Virus record (IMG/VR): IMGVR_UViG_3300045988_084761 | Length of the DNA stretch: 64,000 nucleotides | Strand: one strand, 5' to 3' | Origin: a virus | Shown here: piece after piece, positions 1 through 9,616 of the stretch | Numbering within the stretch: position 1 is the stretch's first letter | Layout: each line of letters begins with the position of its first letter | The notes under the pieces: generated by a model | Told to the model about the DNA's origin: nothing | Database searches by the model: none | What the model saw: only the letters and a program-made list of their open reading frames with translations | Program-made: the position numbers and the translations under genes

Positions 1-82
1 AAATAAAGCATCCTTATTAATTCTAGCATATATATTATTAGTATTACAAGGCTCTTTATGAATATGACTTACTGTTCGCTAA

Positions 83-301
83 TTAGGACTTCTTCTTTTG
101 TCTGCCATGGCAATCATCCTCCAATAGCGAACTTTGTCCCTTATATTTCTCAATCGCTTCTCTTAATTCCTAAGTATCTTCAAAAAGATAAACATTTAAC
201 CAAGGTTTCTAAGCATTTGGTGCTGTTCCAACAACCTTAAATCCCAACTCACATAGCTTTCTAGCTAACTTCAAAGTAAAAACCTTATAATTATTAGTCA
301 T
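83..301 (-). CDS. hypothetical protein (72 aa) containing 2 in-frame TAG codons
   Basis: Minus-strand ORF: ATG (rc of cat at 299-301), stop TAA (rc of tta at 83-85). Uninterrupted only if the two TAGs are read as sense. Sits just downstream of the minus-strand RHH gene. Confidence 0.35.
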
Positions 302-317
302 TTTGTTTTCGTCTCCT

Positions 318-461
318 TTAGTCGTTCGAATGGTTTTCTATATATTCTTTTACTGCTTTTCTAATTACTTGCGACATAGTTAAATCTCTATCCTTCGCAA
401 ACTCTTCTAAAGTCTTTTTTTCTTCCTCTGTTAATCTAACAGAAACAGTCGAATAATTCAT
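318..461 (-). CDS. ribbon-helix-helix (CopG/Arc-like) DNA-binding protein, 47 aa
   Basis: Minus-strand ORF MNYSTVSVRLTEEEKKTLEEFAKDRDLTMSQVIRKAVKEYIENHSND, an RHH-like pattern. GAGGTG RBS upstream on the minus strand. Confidence 0.5.
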   Translation of the reverse strand: MNYSTVSVRLTEEEKKTLEEFAKDRDLTMSQVIRKAVKEYIENHSND

Positions 462-700
462 ATTATCACCTCTCTACTATATTTCACTTTTATTATACCA
501 TAATTTTTCTGCTTTGTCCTAAAATTTGTTAAACTTTTTTCTAAAAAAATAAACAATATAACAACTGCGGACTGGCAATTTTCTTGCCTAAAATTTTCCC
601 GCATCCGTGAGAAATTATGACGATTCGTTGTATGCCCTCCCGCATCTGAAATTGTATATTTTATATGGTATTATATTTATATATAAAGGAGGTTAATGTA

Positions 701-1183
701 ATGCTACCTATTATTCTACCTATTGCTTTCTGTATTATGCTGCTCATCTTTTTGCTCGCAGGTTGTGACAGCATTATCGAGTATATAGTATGCTCACTCT
801 TTTCCATGTTTGGCTCTATATTTCTAACATTTCTATCACTCGTAGTATGCGTATTCATCATTGAATGTGCAAACCCCGAAACCTATTCAGCAGAAACTAT
901 CGCAACCTATGATATTATCGCACTAAGTGATAACTTTAGTTCAGAAGATGGACTTTGCTATTCGTTCCTATATCAAACGGATAAAGGCATCACTTCAAAG
1001 TCTATTAAAGCAGATAAAACTTACATTCAAGAAACTTCCGACGCTCCATATGCAACAGAAAACACTGTCCGCTTTAAAAATCCCGTCCTAAATGTTTTGT
1101 TTGGCTCTTGGTCTACAGAATATAATATCTATATTCCAGAAGGGTCATTTATCCAAGATGGATATGGCATTAGCCTTGAGTAA
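701..1183 (+). CDS. membrane protein (N-terminal TM helix / lipoprotein-like LAGC)
   Basis: ATG 9 nt after AAGGAGG. Hydrophobic N-terminus. A strong terminator follows. Confidence 0.5.
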   Translation: MLPIILPIAFCIMLLIFLLAGCDSIIEYIVCSLFSMFGSIFLTFLSLVVCVFIIECANPETYSAETIATYDIIALSDNFSSEDGLCYSFLYQTDKGITSKSIKADKTYIQETSDAPYATENTVRFKNPVLNVLFGSWSTEYNIYIPEGSFIQDGYGISLE

Positions 1184-1186
1184 ATA

Positions 1187-1220
1187 AAGACTCCCTTTTA
1201 AGGGAGTCTTTATTTTTTTA
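1187..1220 (+). terminator. Rho-independent terminator
   Basis: aaagactccctt-ttaa-gggagtcttt hairpin followed by a T-run. Confidence 0.7.
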
Positions 1221-1224
1221 TAAA

Positions 1225-1268
1225 AATATTATATAATATATATAGAAAGTAAGAAAGGAAGTAAAATC
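1225..1268 (+). promoter_or_regulatory. conserved phage promoter/leader motif (TATATAATATATATAGAAAGTAAGAAAGGAAG)
   Basis: Matches the window-wide consensus: extended -10 plus conserved leader plus RBS, directly upstream of the start codon. Confidence 0.6.
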
Positions 1269-1706
1269 ATGGAGATTAGTAAGCTAGTTGAGGCAAAAGG
1301 ATATAAGAACTCTACTGTAAAAATTTGTGAGTTCCTTGGCTTCTCTGACACTGATCAGCTCAAAAGGGCTAAATTCTTTGCTATCCAAGAAACTTATAGT
1401 CCTATCCCGGTTCTCGGAATTAGTATAAATAATGGAGATCCGACTTGGCGGCTATGCGAAGTAAATAATGATGTGGATGAACTTTACTCTGTTGATGAAG
1501 GATATAAGATTTGTCTCAAAATTTGCAACGAGTACGGAGGCAATATCTATTATCAAAGTGACTTTCTTTCTTTGCTGAAAAGTGGGCATATTATTTATTG
1601 CCCCGATGAAAGTAAATATGAAATCAAACACATTACTTGCGCAGAAAAGATCTCTGATGGAGCCATTCTAATTCACGAATTCGACTCTATAGAGAAGAGG
1701 AAATAA
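1269..1706 (+). CDS. hypothetical protein (145 aa)
   Basis: ORF immediately downstream of the consensus promoter/RBS. Confidence 0.5.
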   Translation: MEISKLVEAKGYKNSTVKICEFLGFSDTDQLKRAKFFAIQETYSPIPVLGISINNGDPTWRLCEVNNDVDELYSVDEGYKICLKICNEYGGNIYYQSDFLSLLKSGHIIYCPDESKYEIKHITCAEKISDGAILIHEFDSIEKRK

Positions 1707-1708
1707 AT

Positions 1709-1894
1709 ATGTCATTTCTTATCTATACAGGCTCCTTCGAGTTAGCGGCAAGAGAACTTGCTAAAACCCCAGAAGCGCAAGATGACTTTGACCTACAAGC
1801 TAAGATCTGCCGCAAATATGGAATTTTCCTAGAAAATATAACTGATGATGAAGTTGAAATGTTGTCCCGCATGGTTGAAGAATTTGCTAATTAA
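1709..1894 (+). CDS. hypothetical protein (61 aa)
   Basis: Tightly coupled to the upstream gene and has an RBS. Confidence 0.4.
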   Translation: MSFLIYTGSFELAARELAKTPEAQDDFDLQAKICRKYGIFLENITDDEVEMLSRMVEEFAN

Positions 1895-1910
1895 GAAAGG
1901 AAGAAATAAC

Positions 1911-2390
1911 ATGATTGGTGAAACTATTACTGTAAATGGAGTAAAGTGCCTCGTTCTTGACGAAATTAATGGTAATCCCTTCGTGATTGCCCTTGAGGTA
2001 GAAATTTATTCTGTTTTTGGAGACTCCAATAACTATAAAGAGAGTGGTTCGCGGAAGACCATTGAGTCTTGGTTTAAAAATACCGGTATCAAGGCTATCG
2101 CCCGTGATGTCGATCTCACCGCAATGGATGGATATAAAGGGTACGGCACACTAAATACTACTGTCGCGCCCCTTACTTTCGATGAATACCGAAAGTACAA
2201 TCATATTCTGACTCCTCATATCAAGAATTCGTTCTGGTTGGTTACCCCTTGGGGAAGTCCCGAAAAGGATAATTGGGCCTCGAGCATCGTTTGCGTTGTC
2301 GGCTACGATGGGTCTGCGAGCTACAACTACTACAACGGCAGCCGCGGGCTCGCGCCGGCTTTCATCCTCGACAAAAAACCAGTATTTTAA
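1911..2390 (+). CDS. hypothetical protein (159 aa)
   Basis: ATG after the RBS aagaaaggaag. The track ORF starts earlier at an in-frame upstream codon. Confidence 0.5.
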   Translation: MIGETITVNGVKCLVLDEINGNPFVIALEVEIYSVFGDSNNYKESGSRKTIESWFKNTGIKAIARDVDLTAMDGYKGYGTLNTTVAPLTFDEYRKYNHILTPHIKNSFWLVTPWGSPEKDNWASSIVCVVGYDGSASYNYYNGSRGLAPAFILDKKPVF

Positions 2391-2459
2391 CAAGTCTCTT
2401 AGTGATTTCACCAATGAGGAATTGATTGCCGAGCTTAACAAGAGATTGAAGGTGTAATT

Positions 2460-3335
2460 ATGTATCTTCTCCCCTCTGCTCTTATTGACTCTATCTTAAA
2501 TAAATATACTGAAAGAGTTAATTCTAAGTCTGGATATTATAAAATTCCATATGAATCGTGGAGACTTCTAAAGAAACTTGCTTCTTCAGATTTAATTTTT
2601 GAAGTTGAAACTAAGCTCAAAAACGGAGAAATCCACCTATGTTTGACTAGCGATTCCCTCCACTACGAGATCCCTGTTACCTACGGTTTTGTAAATGTTA
2701 TGAAAGAAAGGTTGATTAAGATGACTGATACCAATTCCACTTATCCCATGCCTGCGAAGAAGAAAACTGCGCTTAATATGAATTTTGATTTCGGCCCCAT
2801 CAATGAAGGCGTGGCTATTTCTCCTTACGGCCTTGCTATTCTCGCCGCAGATGGCCGCTGGCTGACCTACAATCCCGCAACTGCGCAGACTGTCGAAGTA
2901 ACTGGTTTTACTTTTGATTTCAAGGGCATGATTTATAAAATCCCTGCTACCATTAAAGATATTTCCGCAGGTGATTTGATTATCCATCAAAAGAAACCCA
3001 TGTATGTAACTGAAATTACCGATTCTAATATCGGAGTCGTAGATATTATCAATTCTGAGGTAAAGACCGTCATTCCTATCACCAATATGTTCGGCTTTAA
3101 TTTCATCACCAAGATCGTATCTTTCCTCAATTTTGGTTCTTCTACTCCCACCGAGGAGCAGCCCTTCGGCAATATTATGCCTATTATCATGGCTAGCATG
3201 GTATTCAACGAGGATGAAGATTCTACCTTCGGCAACATGGATATGAGCAAGCTGATGATGATTTCTATGCTGTCCGGTAACTCCAATCCCTTTGGCAATA
3301 TGTTCAATTTCAACCTCAATACTCAGAATAAGTAA
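2460..3335 (+). CDS. hypothetical protein (291 aa) with C-terminal FGNM repeats
   Basis: Long ORF with RBS aaggtg. Terminator follows. Confidence 0.55.
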   Translation: MYLLPSALIDSILNKYTERVNSKSGYYKIPYESWRLLKKLASSDLIFEVETKLKNGEIHLCLTSDSLHYEIPVTYGFVNVMKERLIKMTDTNSTYPMPAKKKTALNMNFDFGPINEGVAISPYGLAILAADGRWLTYNPATAQTVEVTGFTFDFKGMIYKIPATIKDISAGDLIIHQKKPMYVTEITDSNIGVVDIINSEVKTVIPITNMFGFNFITKIVSFLNFGSSTPTEEQPFGNIMPIIMASMVFNEDEDSTFGNMDMSKLMMISMLSGNSNPFGNMFNFNLNTQNK

Positions 3336-3340
3336 TTTAA

Positions 3341-3385
3341 AGAGGATGGTTTTCTGCCATCCTCTTTCTTCTTTTGATTTTTTAT
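3341..3385 (+). terminator. Rho-independent terminator
   Basis: agaggatgg...ccatcctct hairpin followed by a T-run. Confidence 0.7.
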
Positions 3386-3387
3386 AT

Positions 3388-3437
3388 ATTTTATAATATA
3401 ATATATACATAAAGAATAAGAAAGGAAGAGGATTGCC
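3388..3437 (+). promoter_or_regulatory. conserved promoter/leader motif copy
   Basis: ttataatataatatatacataaagaataagaaaggaag. Confidence 0.5.
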
Positions 3438-3666
3438 AATGACTGCTATTATTACTTGTTCCATTGAAGATGCAACTTTTGAGAGCCATTTTGCTATTGA
3501 TAAGGAAACTCCCGAGTATATGATTGCGGATGAGGCATATCGACTTGCTATTCTATTCGCACAAACTCAGTTTATCGCAAGATTTGGTCGTCTTATCTCT
3601 GGATATGATTTTGGTGAATTTCTCAAAAAACTTGATTATGATTATAAAATCAAGGAGGGAGAATGA
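3438..3666 (+). CDS. hypothetical protein (76 aa)
   Basis: ATG downstream of the leader motif. Confidence 0.45.
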
Positions 3667-3744
3667 TGAAAGATATTTTTATGGTCTATTAATTGGCAAA
3701 GAGCTTTCTTGAGGAAGCTCTTTTTCTTTTGCAAAAATTAAAAA

Positions 3745-3789
3745 ATAATGATATAATAATTATAGAAAGTGGTTAAGGAGGTTTAAATT
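3745..3789 (+). promoter_or_regulatory. conserved promoter/leader motif copy
   Basis: tgatataataattatagaaagtggttaaggagg. Confidence 0.55.
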
Positions 3790-4272
3790 ATGCCTGTTGC
3801 TCCTAGTTTTCAGTCCTATAAGCGTATCACTGAAGAGCCTTTTATTAAAAATGGCAAGTATTATGTAACTGTAGAACACCCAAATACCAAGAACCATCGA
3901 GATGTTCGTTGGTATTCTGAAGCTGAATTCGCCAAAGCGTATGGTAAGAAAATTGTAGATACTGATAAAGGGTATGACGGACTGAAGCACGCAAGAGGCT
4001 TTGATAACGGCCCTATCCTTGTAATTCGTGGTAATAAGGCTGCGGATGAAGACTGGTTGCGGGAATCCGTAGCTCGATATGCCGTAGGGATTGGTTGGTA
4101 TATCGCTTCGACTGATACTTTCCCTGATGATGCACCTAATCATCTGAAGTATCTCTTGCTCGGATGGGACGAATTCCGCGATGGAGATGACCGTCATATG
4201 AAGAAGCCTGCGGATTTGTCTACCCTATTGGATAAAAAAGCAAGAGCGAAAGAGTGGGTGAAAATGAAATGA
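3790..4272 (+). CDS. hypothetical protein (160 aa)
   Basis: ORF with a strong RBS. Confidence 0.55.
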   Translation: MPVAPSFQSYKRITEEPFIKNGKYYVTVEHPNTKNHRDVRWYSEAEFAKAYGKKIVDTDKGYDGLKHARGFDNGPILVIRGNKAADEDWLRESVARYAVGIGWYIASTDTFPDDAPNHLKYLLLGWDEFRDGDDRHMKKPADLSTLLDKKARAKEWVKMK

Positions 4273-4430
4273 GTATCCTATTGATTGTTCTTTACGCTCT
4301 TATGTCTGCATCGTTCTTCGTTTTGGCTGCTTTAGCCGACGGAAAGACTGTTAAAGTATTAAACAGTGTCACAGCAGTTTGTTGGTTGGTCAACTGTATT
4401 CTTACTATAATCAGAGAATTGGCAATCTAA
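4269..4430 (+). CDS. small membrane protein (53 aa)
   Basis: ATG overlaps the upstream stop (ATGA). Hydrophobic throughout. Confidence 0.35.
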   Translation: MSILLIVLYALMSASFFVLAALADGKTVKVLNSVTAVCWLVNCILTIIRELAI

Positions 4431-4472
4431 TTACCACATCAGTTCAAGAAATCGGTTTGCAAAAAACAAAAA

Positions 4473-4518
4473 AATAAGTTATAATAATTATAGAAAGTGA
4501 GAAAGGAGATTTCTTGTA
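4473..4518 (+). promoter_or_regulatory. conserved promoter/leader motif copy
   Basis: agttataataattatagaaagtgagaaaggag. Confidence 0.55.
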
Positions 4519-4827
4519 GTGAGCGTTGATTATCGCACCGAAATAGTCTACGGAGTTCTTCTTGATAAGAATGAAATTAACATTCTTAATCAAAAGGATG
4601 ATGAATTTCGGGATACAAATTGTAATTTTATTCACATAGCCGACTGTTATACTGATGCTAGCGATATTGTCATCGGTGTTGAAATAGGCGGCGCTATTGA
4701 GGAAGGTACAGCTAGAAAGATTGCGCTTCCTGAAATCATTCCCGAAATGGATAAAGTGGAAAATATTCTCCGTGAACTCGGCGTTACACGAGAATTTGCA
4801 TGGTATGCAATTCATTGTGTCTCATAG
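4519..4827 (+). CDS. hypothetical protein (102 aa, GTG start). Terminates at TAG; possible read-through to TGA at 4846-4848
   Basis: ORF downstream of the leader motif. The annotated stop is a TAG, which is otherwise recoded in this genome. Confidence 0.45.
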   Translation: MSVDYRTEIVYGVLLDKNEINILNQKDDEFRDTNCNFIHIADCYTDASDIVIGVEIGGAIEEGTARKIALPEIIPEMDKVENILRELGVTREFAWYAIHCVS

Positions 4828-4842
4828 TCCAAGAAATTTTCT

Positions 4843-4907
4843 TGACTCTACTCAAAAAATATCATATAATATAAATACAATAAAACAAGAGAGGAATTGA
4901 TTAATTT
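4843..4907 (+). promoter_or_regulatory. sigma70-like promoter (TTGACT -17- TATAAT) with leader
   Basis: ttgactctactcaaaaaatatcatataat. Confidence 0.5.
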
Positions 4908-5348
4908 ATGTCTAACACTGTAAAGAAGCCCACTAAGAAAGCCAATTATAATGCTATTTTGAGCATTCTGTCCGCCGCTGAAGGCGAGGGTCTCGTTCTC
5001 GAGTCCACAGAGATTACCTATGATAGTCTGCGCGAGTTCATTGAGCATGAGGTTGAGCTCCTTGATAATAAGGCCGCTGCTGCCGCTAAGAGAGCTGCTG
5101 CTAAGAAGGTCGAGGGAGATGCTCTTCGCGAGAAGATTTATGATGTCCTTACCGATGAGCCTATGACCATTAGTGACATTGTAAAGGCTCTGAACGACGA
5201 GGACATTTCTGCTCAGATGGTAACTGCACGTCTGACTCAGCTCGCTTCTCCTGAGGTTAACCGTGTTGTGAAGGAGACTGTGAGTGTTCCTGCCTCTAGC
5301 GAGGGTGGAAAGAGCAAGAAGCTTTCTGCTTACCGCAGAATTGGCTAA
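4908..5348 (+). CDS. hypothetical protein (146 aa; Ala/Lys-rich, possibly DNA-binding)
   Basis: ORF followed by a strong terminator. Confidence 0.55.
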   Translation: MSNTVKKPTKKANYNAILSILSAAEGEGLVLESTEITYDSLREFIEHEVELLDNKAAAAAKRAAAKKVEGDALREKIYDVLTDEPMTISDIVKALNDEDISAQMVTARLTQLASPEVNRVVKETVSVPASSEGGKSKKLSAYRRIG

Positions 5349-5359
5349 TTAAAACCTTT

Positions 5360-5397
5360 AGAAAGGTAGCTACGAAGAGTAGCTACCTTTCTTTTTA
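5360..5397 (+). terminator. Rho-independent terminator
   Basis: aaaggtagctacgaagagtagctaccttt followed by a T-run. Confidence 0.7.
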
Positions 5398-5642
5398 TCC
5401 ACATTTTAGTACAAATTGCAAAGCCAGAGGGCCCTCCTGGGAAATTCATAATGTGACATACCGCACATAATATAATAACAATAGCAATAATAATCAGAAA
5501 CATAGGTCAAACTCCTTTAACTTTTATTATATATTTATTATAACAAAGCAAAAGCACAATGTCAATTTGGCATTTTCTTCTCAAGATTGACGGGTTATTT
5601 ATTATATGCTATAATAAATATATAATAAAGGAGGGTTGTTCA

Positions 5643-6416
5643 ATGATATTTAGTTTAAATTATCATTCCGACAATAAGAAAAAAGCTGGAGAGATTAGAT
5701 GCCCTTATAATCAACTAGGAACTATTATTAAATTTATTAAAGAAAATCCAACAAAGAGATATAATATTATAATTCCAGATGATTTAGTTCAAATAGAATT
5801 AACAAGATTAATTGAACAAGTAGATATAGTAAAATCAATAGCATAGGATTACACAATTCAATGCGGAAATATCTTACAATTACAAGACTTAAAAAATATG
5901 GGATATAATAGATATTTGCGTTTCCCTGTTACTGATTGGGAAACTTTTCAGGAATTGCGGGAAGCCGAGGTTAGTGACATCTATATAGATGGACCACTAG
6001 GGTTTCAAATGGATCTATTAGAGAAATATAAAGGAGATATAAAGATTAGGGTATCACCCACTATTTCTCCTAATGCCTCACTGTCCGCAGAAAGAAAACC
6101 AACGAGCTTCTTTATTCGCCCAGAAGATCTTAGTCTCTATTCTGCTATTGATGTAATAGATTTTAGTCAACCATCTAAAGATAAAGAAGATACATTATTC
6201 AGTATCTATACTAGAGGTTCTTTTAGTTATGATATAAACCTTCTTATTGATGGGCTACCTTCAAGAAATAATCTATTATTTAAGGAAGAATTTGGAAAAA
6301 CTCGTTTAAACTGTAAACAAAAATGTAATATCCCAGGTCATCATTGCCATTACTGCGACACTTATTTCTCTGTTGCTTCTCGTTTAAACGAATTAGCTCA
6401 ACTTAGTAAAAAGTAA
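5643..6416 (+). CDS. hypothetical protein (257 aa) with a C-terminal Cys/His cluster. One in-frame TAG at 5844-5846
   Basis: Track ORFs 5559..5846 and 5898..6416 share a frame and are separated only by a TAG. ATG at 5643 follows AAGGAGGG. Confidence 0.4.
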
Positions 6417-6483
6417 AATTAGATTTTATTATTTTTATATATTATAATATAATTATAAAGATAATAAAAGGAGTGTTTCTAAA

Positions 6484-7197
6484 ATGAAATGGTCAGAAAT
6501 TCTCCCTCAAGACGCGTTAAATTTAAGTGTTCAACTTGAAAATTATGCTTTGGAAGAGCGTTCAAGAGGGAAAGTTTTATTTCCAGAGTAGGATAAAATT
6601 TTTCGAGCACTTAATCTCACGCGTCCTGAAGATGTAAAAGTTTGTATTGTTGGGCAAGATCCATATCATACTCCAGGCGCAGCTAACGGTTTGGCGTTTT
6701 CTATTTCTGATGGAAGTCCAATTCAACCTTCTTTAAGAAATATTTTTAGTGAGCTTAATAGCGACTTAGGGTTACCAATCCCGCAGTCAGGAGATTTAAC
6801 GCCCTGGGCTGAACGAGGAGTGTTACTCATTAATGCGAGTCTAACCGTTTATGAACATCAAGCTAATAGTTGCGTTAATTGGGGATGGAATAAGTTTACA
6901 ACAGCAATATTAAAGGCTGCTACCCAGTTACCGCAGCCTATTGTTTTTATGCTATGGGGAGCTAATGCTCAGAATTTATTGAAGGATTTAAATTCTAGTC
7001 CTATGGTATGGGATGGTCCGGGAATAGCGAGAGAGAATTTAATCAAGAAGGCTTATATTTTATCCTCTCATCCAAGTCCTTTTAGTGTAAGTAAGCCATG
7101 TAAGGGAACTCCCTCATTTAAAGGTAGTAAACCATTTTCAACAGCGAATAGTTTATTGCTTTCAATGGGAGGAGAACCTGTTGATTGGACTCTATAA
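6484..7197 (+). CDS. ung: uracil-DNA glycosylase (family 1 UNG), with an in-frame TAG at 6589-6591
   Basis: GQDPYH, NASLTV and HPSPFS motifs. The N-terminal motif VLFPE*DKIF...VKVCIVGQDPYH is interrupted only by TAG, aligning with the conserved YPPQKDVF of E. coli Ung. Confidence 0.8.
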
Positions 7198-7218
7198 GAT
7201 GGGAGATAAAGCATATAG

Positions 7219-8523
7219 ATGATAGATTTAAGAGAATTAAAAAATGATTTTGAATCTATACTTGTTCATTCTCAGGATTATCCCTTTTATTTAAATTCGG
7301 AGAATTTAATTTCTCAATGGTTAGAGGCTAAGAGGGATATAATCAACCTTTTTGGTGGAGAGTTGGTATTAAGGAGTAAAGAACCAGTTAAGATTTTCTT
7401 AACAGAAGAACAGAGAGATAAAAGATTTGAAGAGTTCTTACAGGCTCTTGATGAAAACGGGATTCTAACAGAGGAATTTGAATTATTTTTGCGCGTTAAT
7501 AAAGATGGATTCTTTGATAATAAAGTTATGTTACCTTATCCATCTTTTAATATTCCGTTAGGATCAAAGCTCTCAAAATCTTTCAAAAAGTTTCTTAATA
7601 GTAATGAGATTGTCAGATGGGCGCAAGACATAGCATCAAGATATATTCAAGAGAATAAAATAGAAGGATATTTATATTTATCTGTTCATCCTATTGATTT
7701 TCTTACTATATCAGAGAATAATGAAAATTGGTGGTCATGTCAATCTTTAGACGGGGATTATAGAAGTGGAAATTTAAGTTATTTAGTAGATAAGACTACA
7801 ATAGTAGCATATCTATCAAATGGGAAACAGGAATATTTAAAATGTTTACCAAAAGGAATGACATGGAATAGCAAAAAATGGAGAATGTTAGTCCATACAG
7901 ATGGAAAAAGAAATATCTACTACAATAGACAATATCCATATGAATCTAGAGATTTATTATCTAGTGTCCATAGTATGTTAGTTTCATTAATAAAAAATGA
8001 AATGACTGAACCGATTGATTATGGCTTTAAAGTAATCCAATCTCAATGGAGTAGCGGGATGCTTACATATAATCAGATCAACGCAGGTGGACGAACTTTT
8101 GACACTAGAGACGTGATTGATACAAATGACTATCTCGGTTATTCTGATTTAATTATCTCTAGTACATATGCTCCTATTATATCGGTGAGCGATGATAAAT
8201 TTCATGAGTATGCTGAAAACATAAATAAAAGCAAAAAGATTGAAGAAGTGTTCTTTAATAATGCTTTTAAAATTAAAATTGGGGAACGACCAATTTGTCC
8301 ATGTTGTGGAACCGAATACATTAAACGTGAAGATTCATTTCTTTGTGATTATTGTATTTCAGAAAAAGAGGCAGATGAGGACTTCTTTTTGACTTGTGAT
8401 AGTTGTTATCGTAGAATATACGATGAAGATGAAATTTATTGGATGGATGGCAGACCATATTGTAAAAAGTGCCATAATTTAATGCAACAAGAGGATAGAT
8501 TAATCGAGGAGGACGATGAATAA
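7219..8523 (+). CDS. hypothetical protein (434 aa) with a C-terminal multi-Cys zinc-finger region
   Basis: Long ORF. CPCCG...CDYC...CDSC...CKKC cluster. Confidence 0.55.
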   Translation: MIDLRELKNDFESILVHSQDYPFYLNSENLISQWLEAKRDIINLFGGELVLRSKEPVKIFLTEEQRDKRFEEFLQALDENGILTEEFELFLRVNKDGFFDNKVMLPYPSFNIPLGSKLSKSFKKFLNSNEIVRWAQDIASRYIQENKIEGYLYLSVHPIDFLTISENNENWWSCQSLDGDYRSGNLSYLVDKTTIVAYLSNGKQEYLKCLPKGMTWNSKKWRMLVHTDGKRNIYYNRQYPYESRDLLSSVHSMLVSLIKNEMTEPIDYGFKVIQSQWSSGMLTYNQINAGGRTFDTRDVIDTNDYLGYSDLIISSTYAPIISVSDDKFHEYAENINKSKKIEEVFFNNAFKIKIGERPICPCCGTEYIKREDSFLCDYCISEKEADEDFFLTCDSCYRRIYDEDEIYWMDGRPYCKKCHNLMQQEDRLIEEDDE

Positions 8524-8834
8524 TGGCTAAACGTGGAGATGCAGCTCGTCAAAATGTAATGGATATAATTTGCAAGGCTTTTGGAGAAGATTTTGTTGGA
8601 ATTCAAGATAAGAAAATCTATGTGTGGGCACAAGATGGCGTAAATGGAGAGAAAATTCAATTTGCGGTTTCTATTACTATGCCAAAGACACCGATTGCGG
8701 GTGGTGGAGATAATGCGCCCTCTACATCAAGCTCAGGAGGGGCACCAGCAACTGAGTTTACTCCTACTGAGTTAGCTCCTGAAGATAAGGCCAAGATCGA
8801 AGAGCTAAAAAAGAGACTTGGAATTTTTGATTAA
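8523..8834 (+). CDS. hypothetical protein (103 aa)
   Basis: ATG overlaps the upstream stop (TAATG). Confidence 0.5.
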   Translation: MAKRGDAARQNVMDIICKAFGEDFVGIQDKKIYVWAQDGVNGEKIQFAVSITMPKTPIAGGGDNAPSTSSSGGAPATEFTPTELAPEDKAKIEELKKRLGIFD

Positions 8835-8901
8835 AAATTTTGGGTATGGGTAATTAAATTATTCAGTATAAAGTTTAATAATAGTACACTTCCCTCACTA
8901 A

Positions 8902-8950
8902 AGAGAGGCGTAAAGAAAAGACTTTAGATTTTACGCCTCTCTTGAAAATT
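8902..8950 (+). terminator. Rho-independent terminator
   Basis: agagaggcgtaaa...tttacgcctctct hairpin. Confidence 0.65.
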
Positions 8951-8954
8951 AAAA

Positions 8955-9004
8955 AAAATTATTATATAATATATATAGAAAGTTAAGGAAAGGAAGTTCT
9001 GAGT
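8955..9004 (+). promoter_or_regulatory. conserved promoter/leader motif copy
   Basis: tatataatatatatagaaagttaaggaaaggaag. Confidence 0.6.
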
Positions 9005-9616
9005 TTGAAGATTTATCTCGACCTGGAAGCTAATTGCACCACCAATGAAGCAATTTCTATTGGTATGGTAACAGAGAATGGAGATACATTTTATAGTCTC
9101 ATTCGTCCGCATACGAAACTTGACCATAATATAAAGGTTTTGACAGGAGTTTCTCAGGAAGATGCAGACCAGGCTCCTAGTCTTGAAGAAGCAATGTTAG
9201 GAGTTAGAGAGTTCCTTTCCTTTCTTGATGAAGAAAATACTTTCTATCACTACGGCAAGAGTGATAGGGGTTTTCTTAGAGCTTCTATGGGCTTTACGAC
9301 TGATATGAAAGCTCTTACTACTCTGCAATACATTCACAATAGATGTGAAAATGTTGACAAAAGGGTGGCGTCTCATTTTCGCAGGGATGCGATTGGTCTT
9401 AGGTCTGCGTATCTGACCATGAAACTTTCTTCTGAGGATCCAATTCAGAATCATAATGCTTTAGAAGATGCCTGGATGTTGAAATACGTTTGGGAAAATA
9501 TTGATGGATACACTCTTCCTGATGGGATTGAGCCGGTAAAAGTACCTAAGGTCAAGATGTCTTATGGTAAAAGCAAGGCTAATCCTGCAAGCCCGGAAGA
9601 GCTGATGAATCGCTGA
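9005..9616 (+). CDS. DnaQ-like 3'-5' exonuclease (DEDDh family), TTG start
   Basis: LDLEAN, YHYGKSDRGFL and HNALEDAW motifs. Confidence 0.65.
   Translation: MKIYLDLEANCTTNEAISIGMVTENGDTFYSLIRPHTKLDHNIKVLTGVSQEDADQAPSLEEAMLGVREFLSFLDEENTFYHYGKSDRGFLRASMGFTTDMKALTTLQYIHNRCENVDKRVASHFRRDAIGLRSAYLTMKLSSEDPIQNHNALEDAWMLKYVWENIDGYTLPDGIEPVKVPKVKMSYGKSKANPASPEELMNR

Noticed and set aside
58-240. Plus-strand track ORF 58..240
   Set aside because: Antisense to the better-supported minus-strand ORF (ATG, RBS-linked operon with the RHH gene). No RBS.
2637-3464. 275-aa minus-strand ORF overlapping 2460..3335
   Set aside because: Antisense to a + strand gene with an RBS and terminator. No upstream signals on the minus strand.
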